A stretch of DNA of 64,000 nucleotides. It comes from an uncultured Acidobacteriaceae bacterium. GTDB lineage: Bacteria > Acidobacteriota > Terriglobia > Terriglobales > Acidobacteriaceae. Both the position numbers and the translations under genes were made by a program. The notes below the pieces were generated by a model. The model saw only the letters and a list, made by a program, of their open reading frames with translations. It searched no databases and had not been told where the DNA came from. The stretch is from contig CAVWQM010000005.1 in NCBI GenBank assembly GCA_963757205.1, positions 78,558 to 142,557 on the forward strand. The letters are read 5' to 3'. Shown piece by piece: positions 46,463 to 55,498 of this stretch; the stretch's first letter is position 1; each line of letters opens with the position of its first letter.

Positions 46463-46807
46463 TTATTCGTGCGATTCACCGAGAATCAGTCCAATGGCGC
46501 GAGTCATCCTCCGCCAGCGCCCGGTAGCTGCGTTGAGTTCTTTCCTTCCCTTGCCTGTGAGCCGGTAAAACTTTGCCTTGCGGTTGTTCTCACTCAGTCC
46601 CCACTGCGAAGAAACCAGGCCACGGTCTTCAAGCCGATGGAGTGCGGGATAAAGCGATCCTTGTTCGACTTCGAGTGCCTTTTCTGAAGTGTGTTCAATA
46701 ACCTCGGCTATCGTGTGACCATGCGCTGCTCCCATCACCAGCGTGCGCAGGATAAGCATGTCCAGCGTGCCCTGCAGAATAACTCCAGCGTCAGGAGGTC
46801 GTTTCAT
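46463..46807 (-). CDS. PadR family transcriptional regulator
   Basis: GTLDMLILRTLVMGAAHGHTIAEVIEHTS...GSLYPALHRLEDRGLV. The ORF track start at 46828 is GTG. ATG at 46807 aligns with the N-terminus of the other PadR. Confidence 0.9.
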   Translation of the reverse strand: MKRPPDAGVILQGTLDMLILRTLVMGAAHGHTIAEVIEHTSEKALEVEQGSLYPALHRLEDRGLVSSQWGLSENNRKAKFYRLTGKGRKELNAATGRWRRMTRAIGLILGESHE

Positions 46808-46820
46808 TCCCACTAATTTG

Positions 46821-46878
46821 TACTCCACTCGAATGACTATGGAAAGAAATAATACTCCACTCGGATGACGATGGGAAG
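46821..46878 (-). promoter_or_regulatory. Two 26-nt direct repeats upstream of padR (candidate operator/promoter repeats)
   Basis: TACTCCACTCGAATGACTATGGAAAG (46821-46846) and TACTCCACTCGGATGACGATGGGAAG (46853-46878) are 23/26 identical. The minus-strand reading contains TCATTCGAGTGGAGTA. Confidence 0.5.
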
Positions 46879-47174
46879 AAGACGAACTCTGATGTACCGC
46901 GGAGCGGAGTCTTTGGATGTCCGTGATTGGCTTCGCAGGAGCTGAAAGATGGGTTGGCGAAAACTAGCTGAGTAAATCAATGCTCTCTGAGTTAGGCACC
47001 AGCTCGAGGACCAGTACTTGCAGACGTTCCGCAATTTCTGGTTTGTCGGCAAACCGCACCTTACTCCCCCGAGCTCGAACCGGACATCGTCCTAACCCAA
47101 CCGCGTGCCTCCGGCGTGGATGAGACTTGCACACCCTGATGATCGCCGAAGCTGGCAGCATTCCGTTGCACTGG

Positions 47175-47210
47175 ATGGCAGAATTGATTGCAATGGCAGA
47201 ATTGATTGCA
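47175..47210. repeat. Perfect 18-bp tandem duplication ATGGCAGAATTGATTGCA x2
   Basis: 47175-47192 equals 47193-47210, inside an ~850-bp stretch without convincing coding potential. Confidence 0.9.
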
Positions 47211-47457
47211 TTCAGCACCTGGATGAGCTATGGGGGAAATCGAGCCGAATGTTCCGCCGGATGCCAACGGCGCGGTATCGTCATGCCGCTGATGAAAGGA
47301 AAAGATAATTTTAGGCAAATGTCGACCAGGACGGCGGTGGCAGATGTTCGTTCAATCATAGAAATTGATCGAATGTGAAACAGACCACCCTCGTCGGGAC
47401 CGCATCAACCCAATGCCGAAATAATTGGTTTTCTACGTACGCTCCTATTCAGTGAAT

Positions 47458-47521
47458 TATGTGGTGTACGGAACCAACCTATGGTCGTCTGCTGGTGTCG
47501 ACAGATTGTGTACACCACATA
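47458..47521 (+). promoter_or_regulatory. 12-bp perfect inverted repeat upstream of the GH28 gene
   Basis: TATGTGGTGTAC (47458-47469) and GTACACCACATA (47510-47521) are separated by 40 nt. The repeat ends 160 nt upstream of the ATG at 47682. Confidence 0.4.
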
Positions 47522-47681
47522 TTCTTTAGGCGAGTTGATTGGTTGATCCGTGCCGGGAATTTGACGGTGCTTTGCGTTTGCCTCTCACCCATTCGGTATT
47601 GAGAAGCGTAAAATTGGTCGGACAACTTTATTGTCGTTGGAAACCATTGAAATCAGAACGTTTTCGCTTGGAGTTTGCCTG

Positions 47682-49049
47682 ATGAAGCAGTGTTGTATTT
47701 TTCTTGGCGCGATTGCCCTTCTTTCAGCTTCTTTTCTGGCCGCGCAGGATTCCCGGACGGTCTCCGAGCCTGCGATTCCCCCGGTCTGCGCGTCCGTCGA
47801 TGCACAGCTTGGCATTGTGGGGCGTAGTCTCGCCGAGTCAGACGAAGGCAAGCTCGATACGGGGCGAATACAACTTGCGCTCGATGCTTGCGGCAAGGGC
47901 AAGGGAGTGTTGTTGCGCGCCAATGGAAGGGCGAACGCGTTCCTTAGCGGGCCGTTGGAGTTGCGTGACGGCGTGACCCTCATTGTCGACAAAGGCGCGA
48001 CTTTGTTTGCGTCGCGCGACCCGGCGGTGTACGAAAAGATGCCGGGCAGCTGCGGATTGGTGAATGAGTCGGGCAGCGGTTGCAAACCGCTGATCTCGGT
48101 GCAGCATGTATCGGGCGCGGGTGTGATGGGCGATGGAGTTATCGACGGCCGGGGCGGCGAGAAGCTTCTGGGCAAGGATGTCACGTGGTGGGATCTTGCA
48201 GAACAGGCTCGCAGCGGAGGGCGGCAGCAGGTGCCGCGTCTGGTTGTCACAGATTATGCCGACAACTTTACGGTCTACCGGATCACGCTGAAGAACTCGC
48301 CCAACTTCCACATCGTTTACAACCACGGGGACGGCTTTACGGTGTGGGGGCTGAAGATCGACACGCCAAAGCGCGGGGCACGCAACACAGACGGTGTCGA
48401 TCCTGGAGCGGGATCGAAGAACATCACGATCACGCATAGCTACATTCGCACGGGCGACGACAACGTGGCGATTAAGGGCGGCACGGGCGGCCTCACGAAC
48501 GTGACAATCAGCAATAACCATTTTTACTGGGGGCATGGAATGTCGATCGGGAGCGAGACCAATGGCGGCGTCAGCAGGATTCGTGTTTTCGACCTGTCGC
48601 TCGATAACCCTGACAATGGAATCCGGATCAAGTCGAACGGGTCGCGCGGCGGCCTGGTGCATGACGTTGTTTACGACGATGTCTGCGTGCGCGATTCTCC
48701 GAATCCGATCACGCTCGACACCGGATATACGGCGGCTGGAACGGTCGAAGGCAACTCTCCGCCGACAATGCGCGACATCACGCTGCGCGATGTTCGCGTG
48801 TCGGGAGGGGGAAAGATCTCATTCAATGGCTATGCAAAGGATTATCGCGTTGGCGTGAATCTGGACGATGTGCTGCTGACAGATTCGGCGGCTTATAGGT
48901 ATGCGGTCCATCATGCCGATCTTGTCTTCGGGCCTGGGCCGGTGAACCTGAAGCCGGACGGCGGAGTCGATTCGACTTTGCAGGGAAAAACAGGCAACGG
49001 AAAGCCCGAGTCCTGCACCGAGAAGTTCGTGCCGTTCCCGCATAAATGA
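47682..49049 (+). CDS. Glycoside hydrolase family 28 (polygalacturonase-like)
   Basis: Signal peptide MKQCCIFLGAIALLSASFLAAQ. GH28 signature residues NTDG, GDD, GHGMSIGS and RIKS are all present. Confidence 0.85.
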   Translation: MKQCCIFLGAIALLSASFLAAQDSRTVSEPAIPPVCASVDAQLGIVGRSLAESDEGKLDTGRIQLALDACGKGKGVLLRANGRANAFLSGPLELRDGVTLIVDKGATLFASRDPAVYEKMPGSCGLVNESGSGCKPLISVQHVSGAGVMGDGVIDGRGGEKLLGKDVTWWDLAEQARSGGRQQVPRLVVTDYADNFTVYRITLKNSPNFHIVYNHGDGFTVWGLKIDTPKRGARNTDGVDPGAGSKNITITHSYIRTGDDNVAIKGGTGGLTNVTISNNHFYWGHGMSIGSETNGGVSRIRVFDLSLDNPDNGIRIKSNGSRGGLVHDVVYDDVCVRDSPNPITLDTGYTAAGTVEGNSPPTMRDITLRDVRVSGGGKISFNGYAKDYRVGVNLDDVLLTDSAAYRYAVHHADLVFGPGPVNLKPDGGVDSTLQGKTGNGKPESCTEKFVPFPHK

Positions 49050-49210
49050 GAGTGGCTGAAGGGGCGATGCGATAACAGGATTGTTCGTTCCTTCGCACGA
49101 GAATCGGTGCTGATTTTTTTTCGCCTTTTCGTCGAGCGGCATCGCAACATTCGAGGTCGAACCAGCGTCTACATGTGCGGAACACCCGCTAATCATCGCC
49201 AAGGAATCTA

Positions 49211-50776
49211 ATGCTGAATTTGATGCCCCGTGCTGTGGCAACCGCCATTCTCCTTACCGCTGTTGCCATGCAGGCAGCTCCCTATTCGCAAGACAACGCT
49301 GCAGCGAAGGCTGCGTCGACCCAGACTCTCAAGGTGACGACTCGTATCGTCGTTCTGGATGTGGTGGTAACGGACAAGAAGGGCAATCTGGTCCCGCGTG
49401 AGTTGACGCGAGACGACTTCACTGTACTTGAAGACGGGCAACAGCAAGTGATTCGCAGCTTCGAGCCGCCGAAGGACCACCGCATGCCGGTCCGTGGCGA
49501 GGCCATCGTCAGTTCGGCCGCCGACCTGAAGAAGATCGGCGATGCGCCGGTGACTGTACTAGTGCTGGATGAGTTGAACTCACGCTTTGAGGACATGAGT
49601 TTTTCGCGGCAGATGATGGTGAAGTATCTCGAGGCGCAGCCAGCGGTGTTGCAGGAGCCGACGGTTTTGATGGTCGCGATGAACAACAGCTTTCAGCAGA
49701 TACACGATTACACGCAGAACCGCGATGAACTGATTGAAGCGGTAAAGAAGCACATGCCGGAGTATCCATGGCGCATGGCAAACAGCGGCAAAGCCGGGCC
49801 TGGCGCAGTGGAACGCATGGCACAGGTAATGGCGGCACTGCAACAGATCGCGCAGGCTTCTACAGGGACGGAGGGACGGAAAAACCTGATCTGGGTGGGC
49901 AACGGCTTTCCCTCGGCGAATCTGGTTGGGCTTGATCCACGGCAGGCGGAGTTGATCGAGAGTGCGATGAAACGCTGCACGGCACGTCTGCTGGCGGCGC
50001 GCATCACGATGTACATCATCAATCCCACGGCGAGTTCGACCTCCATGATTGAGGTTGACACGCCGGACGATCTGAACACCTCGCTGGACGAGAATGGCCG
50101 CGACCCCTTTGGCAGCGGGACGGTCTCGTTTACGAACTTTGCTCCCTCCACCGGCGGTGTTGCTTTTACAGGGCGAAACGATTTGAACAACGTGATTGCG
50201 GAGGGAGTCGCTAAGGGGCAGGACTATTACACGCTGTCCTACTCGCCGACCAATACCTCAGCGGACGCTGTGAAGTTTCGCAACATCAGGATTGTAATGA
50301 AGGACCCGAACCTTCATGCGACCACTCGCTCGGGCTATTATCCTGAGACAGCGGCTGATTTGAACCCGGTTTTAGACAAGAGCATGTCGTCCAAGCAGAT
50401 GGCGGCCAATCTCAAGCTCGATCTTTCGGCGGCGTTGACGACGACGATCTCGTACAACGGACTGAACGTGACGGCGGCGAAGTCAGCGAATGGCACTTAT
50501 GCGATCCAGGTTGCAGCCCAGGGTATTGGCTGGTCCGATCCGGGTCCGGATGGCACTCAGCATACAGAGGCAACGATTGCCGCGGGCTGGTACGACAGCA
50601 AGGGCAAGCTGCTTGGACACGTGATTCGTGAGGAGACGTTTCCGCGAGGAGACAGCAATGCCGGGAGCAGCTTTACACTTCCGGTCGATTTGCCAGGCGG
50701 CGTTGTCCGCGTGCGCTTCGTGGTTCGCGATGCCTTCAACGGACACATGGGCACGGTGGATCTGACTAAGTTCTGA
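49211..50776 (+). CDS. VWFA-related acidobacterial-type domain protein (TIGR03436-like)
   Basis: Signal peptide. TTRIVVLDVVVTDKKGNLVPRELTRDDFTVLEDGQQQVIRSFE is the hallmark N-terminal beta-sandwich, followed by a VWA-like core (VTVLVLDELNS, NLIWVGNGFP, ITMYIINP). Confidence 0.8.
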   Translation: MLNLMPRAVATAILLTAVAMQAAPYSQDNAAAKAASTQTLKVTTRIVVLDVVVTDKKGNLVPRELTRDDFTVLEDGQQQVIRSFEPPKDHRMPVRGEAIVSSAADLKKIGDAPVTVLVLDELNSRFEDMSFSRQMMVKYLEAQPAVLQEPTVLMVAMNNSFQQIHDYTQNRDELIEAVKKHMPEYPWRMANSGKAGPGAVERMAQVMAALQQIAQASTGTEGRKNLIWVGNGFPSANLVGLDPRQAELIESAMKRCTARLLAARITMYIINPTASSTSMIEVDTPDDLNTSLDENGRDPFGSGTVSFTNFAPSTGGVAFTGRNDLNNVIAEGVAKGQDYYTLSYSPTNTSADAVKFRNIRIVMKDPNLHATTRSGYYPETAADLNPVLDKSMSSKQMAANLKLDLSAALTTTISYNGLNVTAAKSANGTYAIQVAAQGIGWSDPGPDGTQHTEATIAAGWYDSKGKLLGHVIREETFPRGDSNAGSSFTLPVDLPGGVVRVRFVVRDAFNGHMGTVDLTKF

Positions 50777-50857
50777 AAAAGTTCACTGATGGATGGAGAC
50801 ACGAATCACAAGGGCAGCCCGGGAGGCTGCCCTTGTGATTTGTCGTTGAGTGGGATT

Positions 50858-53800
50858 CTATTCCTGACCTGCGACACCGGCGGCCACCGTGAACTGGATT
50901 GGCATGGTCTGCGCGGTGTTGTTGGGTCCGGAGACGGTAAGGGTTACGTTGAATTTTCCGGTTGGCGTCAGACTTGGGGAGCCGGTGCCGCCGGTGCTGG
51001 TGCCGCCACCACTGCATCCGCTGAGGACCATGGAACCGCCAAACAGCAGGCCGTACCATACGAGGACGGCAAGTAGCCGTGCTTGTTTGAGGCGCTTGTG
51101 GAACCCGAGGACGCCGGCGAAGCTGGTCAAGAGCAAGGGCCATCCAAGGAATGCCGCGAGCGCGGAGTTGGGGCGGCGGGACAGGTTAGGATGGATTGTC
51201 TGCGATGAAGTTGATGTGGGAACGACTCCCGGAGCAACGTCGGTCCAGAGTGTGACGCCTACGGTTTGCGCGGTGGGGCTGCCTGGTACCGGGGTGAAGG
51301 CTAGAGAGGTGGGCGTGACAGTGCAGACGGAGTTGGCGGGCAGACCAGAGCATGCGAAGGTGACGGTGCCGTTGAGCGTGTTGGATGGGACTACCATGAC
51401 CGTTGCTAGCGCTGTCGAGCCTTGTGCTGTGCCTGCACTCAACGAAGTTACAGGCGCGAGAGTTGTCGGCGAGATGAAGAATGAATTAAAGGTAGCGGCA
51501 TCGGGTCGAATGGTGAGAGTTACGGCGGGAGACGTGGATTTTGTATAGTTCGTATCGCCGCCATAGACTGCGGTGATCGCGTGGGCGCCAGCAAACAGGC
51601 CGAAGCTGTTGGGCGCCGGTTGCGCGGCAGGGGTGAACGGTTTTCCTGTGGAAGGATCGATGGTTAGAGGGTCGACGATACTTGCGGCACCGGAGGCATC
51701 GAGGAGACCGGATCCTATGACCTTGCCGTCGGCGAAGAAGGTTACGCTGCCGGTAGGAATGCCTCCGGAGGGTGCGGAGGCATTCGCGGTGATGGCCAGG
51801 GGCTGGAACTGCGGCAACGAGGCGGCGGAGAGAGAGACGGCGACGTTCGAAGTGCCGGTCGTTACGGTGACGCTGAGAGCTGGAGCCGTGCTGCTGCCAT
51901 AGAACAGGTCACCGCCATAGACGGCAGTTACGGTGAGCGGGCCTACGTTCTGTCCGCTGATGCTGGTGGAGGCGGCTCCAGAACTATTGAGCGCGACCGG
52001 AATGCCCACTGGGGTCGTGAATACGAAGAACTGCACGGTACCGGTCGGCACGCAGGAGGGTGCGGAGGTGTTGCACCCCACCGGCGTCACCGTGGTAGTG
52101 ACAGTAAAGGGAATGGAAAATTGTGGATTGCCTGTGGTGGGCGAGGTGAGAACTGTTGCGGAGGTGGTACCGACGAGGATTGCGCCGACTCCGCTGAGCA
52201 CGATCGAAGGAGCGGTTGACAGAGCGGGCGTGACATTGGCCTCGGTGAAGGTTGCGTTGAAGTTTCCGAGTGCGACGGGGTTGAACTGAGCAGCTAGGAA
52301 GCAGGTGGCTCCGGGGGTGAGGTTCTGCCCTCCGTCACACCCCAGAGATCCCTGGGGTGTGACGGAGAACGCGGATGAGTCGCCAGTGGCTGTGAAGATG
52401 GACTGGGAGGAGGACGAGGAAAGGAGCGCGGCGAGTGAGCCGGTGTTGGTCTGCTGGATCGTCTGGACGGGACTGGAGGTGTTAGGACTTGCGCTGCCGA
52501 GGCTTTCGACGACAGAGGTGCGATCGATGGTGTAGGCGCGGTTGTTTCCGGAATCGAGAACGTAGAGCTTGCCGCTGGTAGTGGCGGCGACTCCGCCGGG
52601 GAGTTTCAGAAGGAGAGTGTTCACCGAGCCGGGGATGGAGCCGGCGCCGCTCTGGCCTAGCGTGCCGGCGACGGTGTTGATTATGCCGGCGGCGTTGACC
52701 ATGCGGATGACGTGGTTGCCGGTGTCGGCGATATAGAGATCGCCGGCGGCGTCTAACGCGATTCCGGTGGGGCCGCTGAGGCTGGCTGCGATTGCAGCTC
52801 CGCCATTGCCGGAGCTGCCGTTTTGTCCGTTGCCGGCGACGACGCTTACGATACCGGAAGAGTTGATTTCGGCGATGTTGTTGTGGCCGGTGTCGGCGAC
52901 GAAGATATTGGAGTTGTTATCGACCTGCAATGCTGTAGGGCCGCTGAATACTGGGCCGCCGATGGCGAAGATGTATCCCGAGGTGGTGAGTTCGCGGATG
53001 ACGTTGTTTCCGGTGTCGGCGATGTAGAGGTTGCCGCGTGAGTCGGAGGCGAGGCCGGCGGGCGCGGAGAGTTTGGCCTGAGTGCCGAGGCAGCCGTTGC
53101 CGAAGGCGTCGAGGGCAGCGGCGCAGGTGGTGGTGGCTCCGCCTGCGGCGATGCTGATGACGCCAGTTGTGGGGTCGATGCGGCGAATGGCATTGTTGCC
53201 GGTGTCCGCGATGTAGACTGCGCCGTCTGGCGTGACGGCGACCGCTGACGGAGCGGAGAGAGTTGCGGCTGTAGCTGGGCCTCCGTTGCCGCCGTTGCCA
53301 GCAGTGCCGGTGATTCCGGCGATGACGGTTGCGGTGCCGGCGGAGTTGTAGCGGATGATGACGTTATTGCCGGTGTCGGCGACGTAGGCGTTGCCGGTGG
53401 AATCGAGAGCGATGCCTGCGGGGGATTTGTAACCTGTGCCGATGCTGGTTGCTGTGCCGGGATCGAGCGCTACGGAAGCGGCTGCGCCGATGCCGCTGAG
53501 GCCGAATTGCGATGTGGTTCCGAGCGAGGATTTCACGACCAGGGTTGCGAGATCCTGGCCGGGGTGGGTCGGCGAAAAGGTCACGGTGATGGTGCAGTCT
53601 ATGGTGTTATCTGGATTCGAGGGACAGGTGGCTGGTGGAGTTACGACGAAGTCTGTGCTGCCGGTAATGGTGAAGGCGGCGGTGGCTGCTGGGGTGTCTC
53701 CCACTGCAAAGTGCAATACGAGCGTCTGGGTGACAGCGCTGCCTGAGGTGACGGTGGGAAAGCTTTGGTTGACCGATACTTTGCGGATACGAGCATTGAG

Positions 53801-55159
53801 GGAGTCGGAGATGTATACGTTACCTTGTGCGTCGACTCCAACGCCCATCGCGCTGTTTGGATTCAAGGTGGCAAGTGTCGCCTGGCAGTTGTCGCCAACC
53901 GTGTTGGCCTGTCCAGCGCATCCTGTGCCGCCTGAGGTTGCTCCAAATGTGCCGGCGATGACGCGCATGTAACCGGTAGTGCCATCTTCGTACCAGATGA
54001 CGCTGTTGCCGTTGTCTGCGAGATAGATGTTTCCGCGGGCGTCCAGCGCAATTTTGCGGACTCCGGCGACGGCGACGCTGGTTGCAAGAACGACGCTGCC
54101 GGGCGCATAGGTGCCGGCGCCCCCGCCCATGATGGTGTAGATATTGCCTGCAACAGCTACGGTGCCTCCGTTGGTTGCTGCGATCAACGCGGCCACTTGC
54201 GGGCCGCCTGCATAGATCACTCGTACCCTGTTGTTCCCCTGATCCGCGATAAACAGGTTGCCGTTGGCGTCGACTTCAACATCCTCCGGGGTGTTGAGGG
54301 TTGCCGATGCTGCCGGTCCCGAATCGCCGCTGAAGGGCGCGGGGGTGTTGATGGTTCCGGGGTATTTCCCGGCGATCGTGGTCACGATGCCGGATGTATT
54401 CACCATGCGGACGACTTCGTTTCCTGAATCGGCAAAATAGACATTTCCGGCTGCATCAACGGTCACGCCGCGGGCGTTGCCCTCCGCGGCTGAGGTTGCC
54501 GGTCCACCGTCGCCGGTGTAGCCGGCGCCCGCAGAGTTGCCTTTCCCCGCCGTTCCGGACAGATAGCCTGCGACGATGGTCATCAGACCGGTGGAGGCGC
54601 TGATTTTGTGGATCAGATTGCCGGTGTAGTCTGCGAAATAAACGTCACCATTCTTCGCGACGGCCAAGCCACGGCCTTTGACCAGCGCCGCCGTTTGTCC
54701 AAATTTGGCAGGCGAAGGATTCACGTTCGCCAGGCCATCGTTTGCCGGGCAACCGTCACCGTATTTATCCAGAGTTGCAGAACACACCAGAGAGGACGTG
54801 ACACTGCCAATGAGGATATTGACGATGCCGCTACGCGCGTCAATCCGGCGAATGGTGCCGGTCGATCCGTTGTCGATGAAGTAGACATTGCCTTCAGGGT
54901 CGACACCGATGTCATGCACGTCGGTGTTCGTAATGACCGAGGACGAATTCGCCAGACATCCGTCCCCGAGAGTGTCGAGGACGGTTGCTGCTTTTGAGCC
55001 AAGGGGCCCGGGGCAGGAAGCATTGACCGTGGGCTTCGCGCCACCACCGATCATGGAATTGATGGTGTAAGGGAGCAGGTACGGGGCCGGGGTTTGTGCG
55101 GAGGTAAAGCTGGCCGATAAAAGAATTGCACCCAGGGCAGACTTCCAAATCTTGCTCAT
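50858..55159 (-). CDS. Giant secreted NHL-repeat / Ig-like repeat protein with C-terminal double hydrophobic anchor
   Basis: Signal peptide MSKIWKSALGAILLSASFTSAQ. About 12 NHL-type blades (for example GNLYIADTGNNVIREL, GDLYIADTGNHVIRMV, GAVYIADTGNNAIRRI, GNLFIADQGNNRVRVI), then several Ig-like beta-rich repeats. Two hydrophobic segments lie near the C-terminus. Confidence 0.85.
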   Translation of the reverse strand: MSKIWKSALGAILLSASFTSAQTPAPYLLPYTINSMIGGGAKPTVNASCPGPLGSKAATVLDTLGDGCLANSSSVITNTDVHDIGVDPEGNVYFIDNGSTGTIRRIDARSGIVNILIGSVTSSLVCSATLDKYGDGCPANDGLANVNPSPAKFGQTAALVKGRGLAVAKNGDVYFADYTGNLIHKISASTGLMTIVAGYLSGTAGKGNSAGAGYTGDGGPATSAAEGNARGVTVDAAGNVYFADSGNEVVRMVNTSGIVTTIAGKYPGTINTPAPFSGDSGPAASATLNTPEDVEVDANGNLFIADQGNNRVRVIYAGGPQVAALIAATNGGTVAVAGNIYTIMGGGAGTYAPGSVVLATSVAVAGVRKIALDARGNIYLADNGNSVIWYEDGTTGYMRVIAGTFGATSGGTGCAGQANTVGDNCQATLATLNPNSAMGVGVDAQGNVYISDSLNARIRKVSVNQSFPTVTSGSAVTQTLVLHFAVGDTPAATAAFTITGSTDFVVTPPATCPSNPDNTIDCTITVTFSPTHPGQDLATLVVKSSLGTTSQFGLSGIGAAASVALDPGTATSIGTGYKSPAGIALDSTGNAYVADTGNNVIIRYNSAGTATVIAGITGTAGNGGNGGPATAATLSAPSAVAVTPDGAVYIADTGNNAIRRIDPTTGVISIAAGGATTTCAAALDAFGNGCLGTQAKLSAPAGLASDSRGNLYIADTGNNVIRELTTSGYIFAIGGPVFSGPTALQVDNNSNIFVADTGHNNIAEINSSGIVSVVAGNGQNGSSGNGGAAIAASLSGPTGIALDAAGDLYIADTGNHVIRMVNAAGIINTVAGTLGQSGAGSIPGSVNTLLLKLPGGVAATTSGKLYVLDSGNNRAYTIDRTSVVESLGSASPNTSSPVQTIQQTNTGSLAALLSSSSSQSIFTATGDSSAFSVTPQGSLGCDGGQNLTPGATCFLAAQFNPVALGNFNATFTEANVTPALSTAPSIVLSGVGAILVGTTSATVLTSPTTGNPQFSIPFTVTTTVTPVGCNTSAPSCVPTGTVQFFVFTTPVGIPVALNSSGAASTSISGQNVGPLTVTAVYGGDLFYGSSTAPALSVTVTTGTSNVAVSLSAASLPQFQPLAITANASAPSGGIPTGSVTFFADGKVIGSGLLDASGAASIVDPLTIDPSTGKPFTPAAQPAPNSFGLFAGAHAITAVYGGDTNYTKSTSPAVTLTIRPDAATFNSFFISPTTLAPVTSLSAGTAQGSTALATVMVVPSNTLNGTVTFACSGLPANSVCTVTPTSLAFTPVPGSPTAQTVGVTLWTDVAPGVVPTSTSSQTIHPNLSRRPNSALAAFLGWPLLLTSFAGVLGFHKRLKQARLLAVLVWYGLLFGGSMVLSGCSGGGTSTGGTGSPSLTPTGKFNVTLTVSGPNNTAQTMPIQFTVAAGVAGQE

Positions 55160-55498
55160 CGTATTTCCCAAAGCCGTCATTCCAAGCACTCCGTTAAGCA
55201 GCTGATCCTTCACAGATCGTTTCCTTGACCGGTCCTACAGTTCGCAGACTGCCACAACCGGTCATTTGACCACTTGTGGTAAGACCACAGAGAGCTCCGG
55301 CGCAGGAAACGAGTGAACCGCACGAAATGTAACTGTTGCCATATGCGAATGTCAACAAGTAGTTGGCCTCTCATTACTCGGCGCATACCACCCTTTGGCA
55401 ATGCTCCCGCAAGAAATGCTTGACAGGTGTAGGTAAAGAAAAGCATACTTCCCGCGGCTGTTATGGTCTGACCAGTATTGACCCAAATGGAGTAATGC

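Noticed and set aside
47061-47100. tRNA-like T-arm (GTCCGGTTCGAGCTCGGGGGAG on the minus strand), considered as a tRNA gene or tRNA-derived att site
   Set aside because: No complementary 5' acceptor strand or anticodon arm lies upstream. Position 61 would be U instead of the near-invariant C. It is probably a chance resemblance.
50858-51130. Separate small lipoprotein gene inside the 3' end of the NHL giant (LSGC lipobox)
   Set aside because: The frame is continuous with the giant ORF. No ATG, GTG or TTG start codon precedes the hydrophobic segment; the only Met lies inside it. It is therefore kept as a finding about the C-terminus rather than a separate feature.
55214-55498. Possible cobalamin or other riboswitch in the leaders of the TonB-dependent receptor genes (also 31351-31523) and a TPP riboswitch upstream of the E1alpha-like gene
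   Set aside because: I could not find the conserved B12-box or THI-box cores by eye. The 31.4 kb leader is occupied by the generic intergenic repeat. Only an Infernal scan could settle this.
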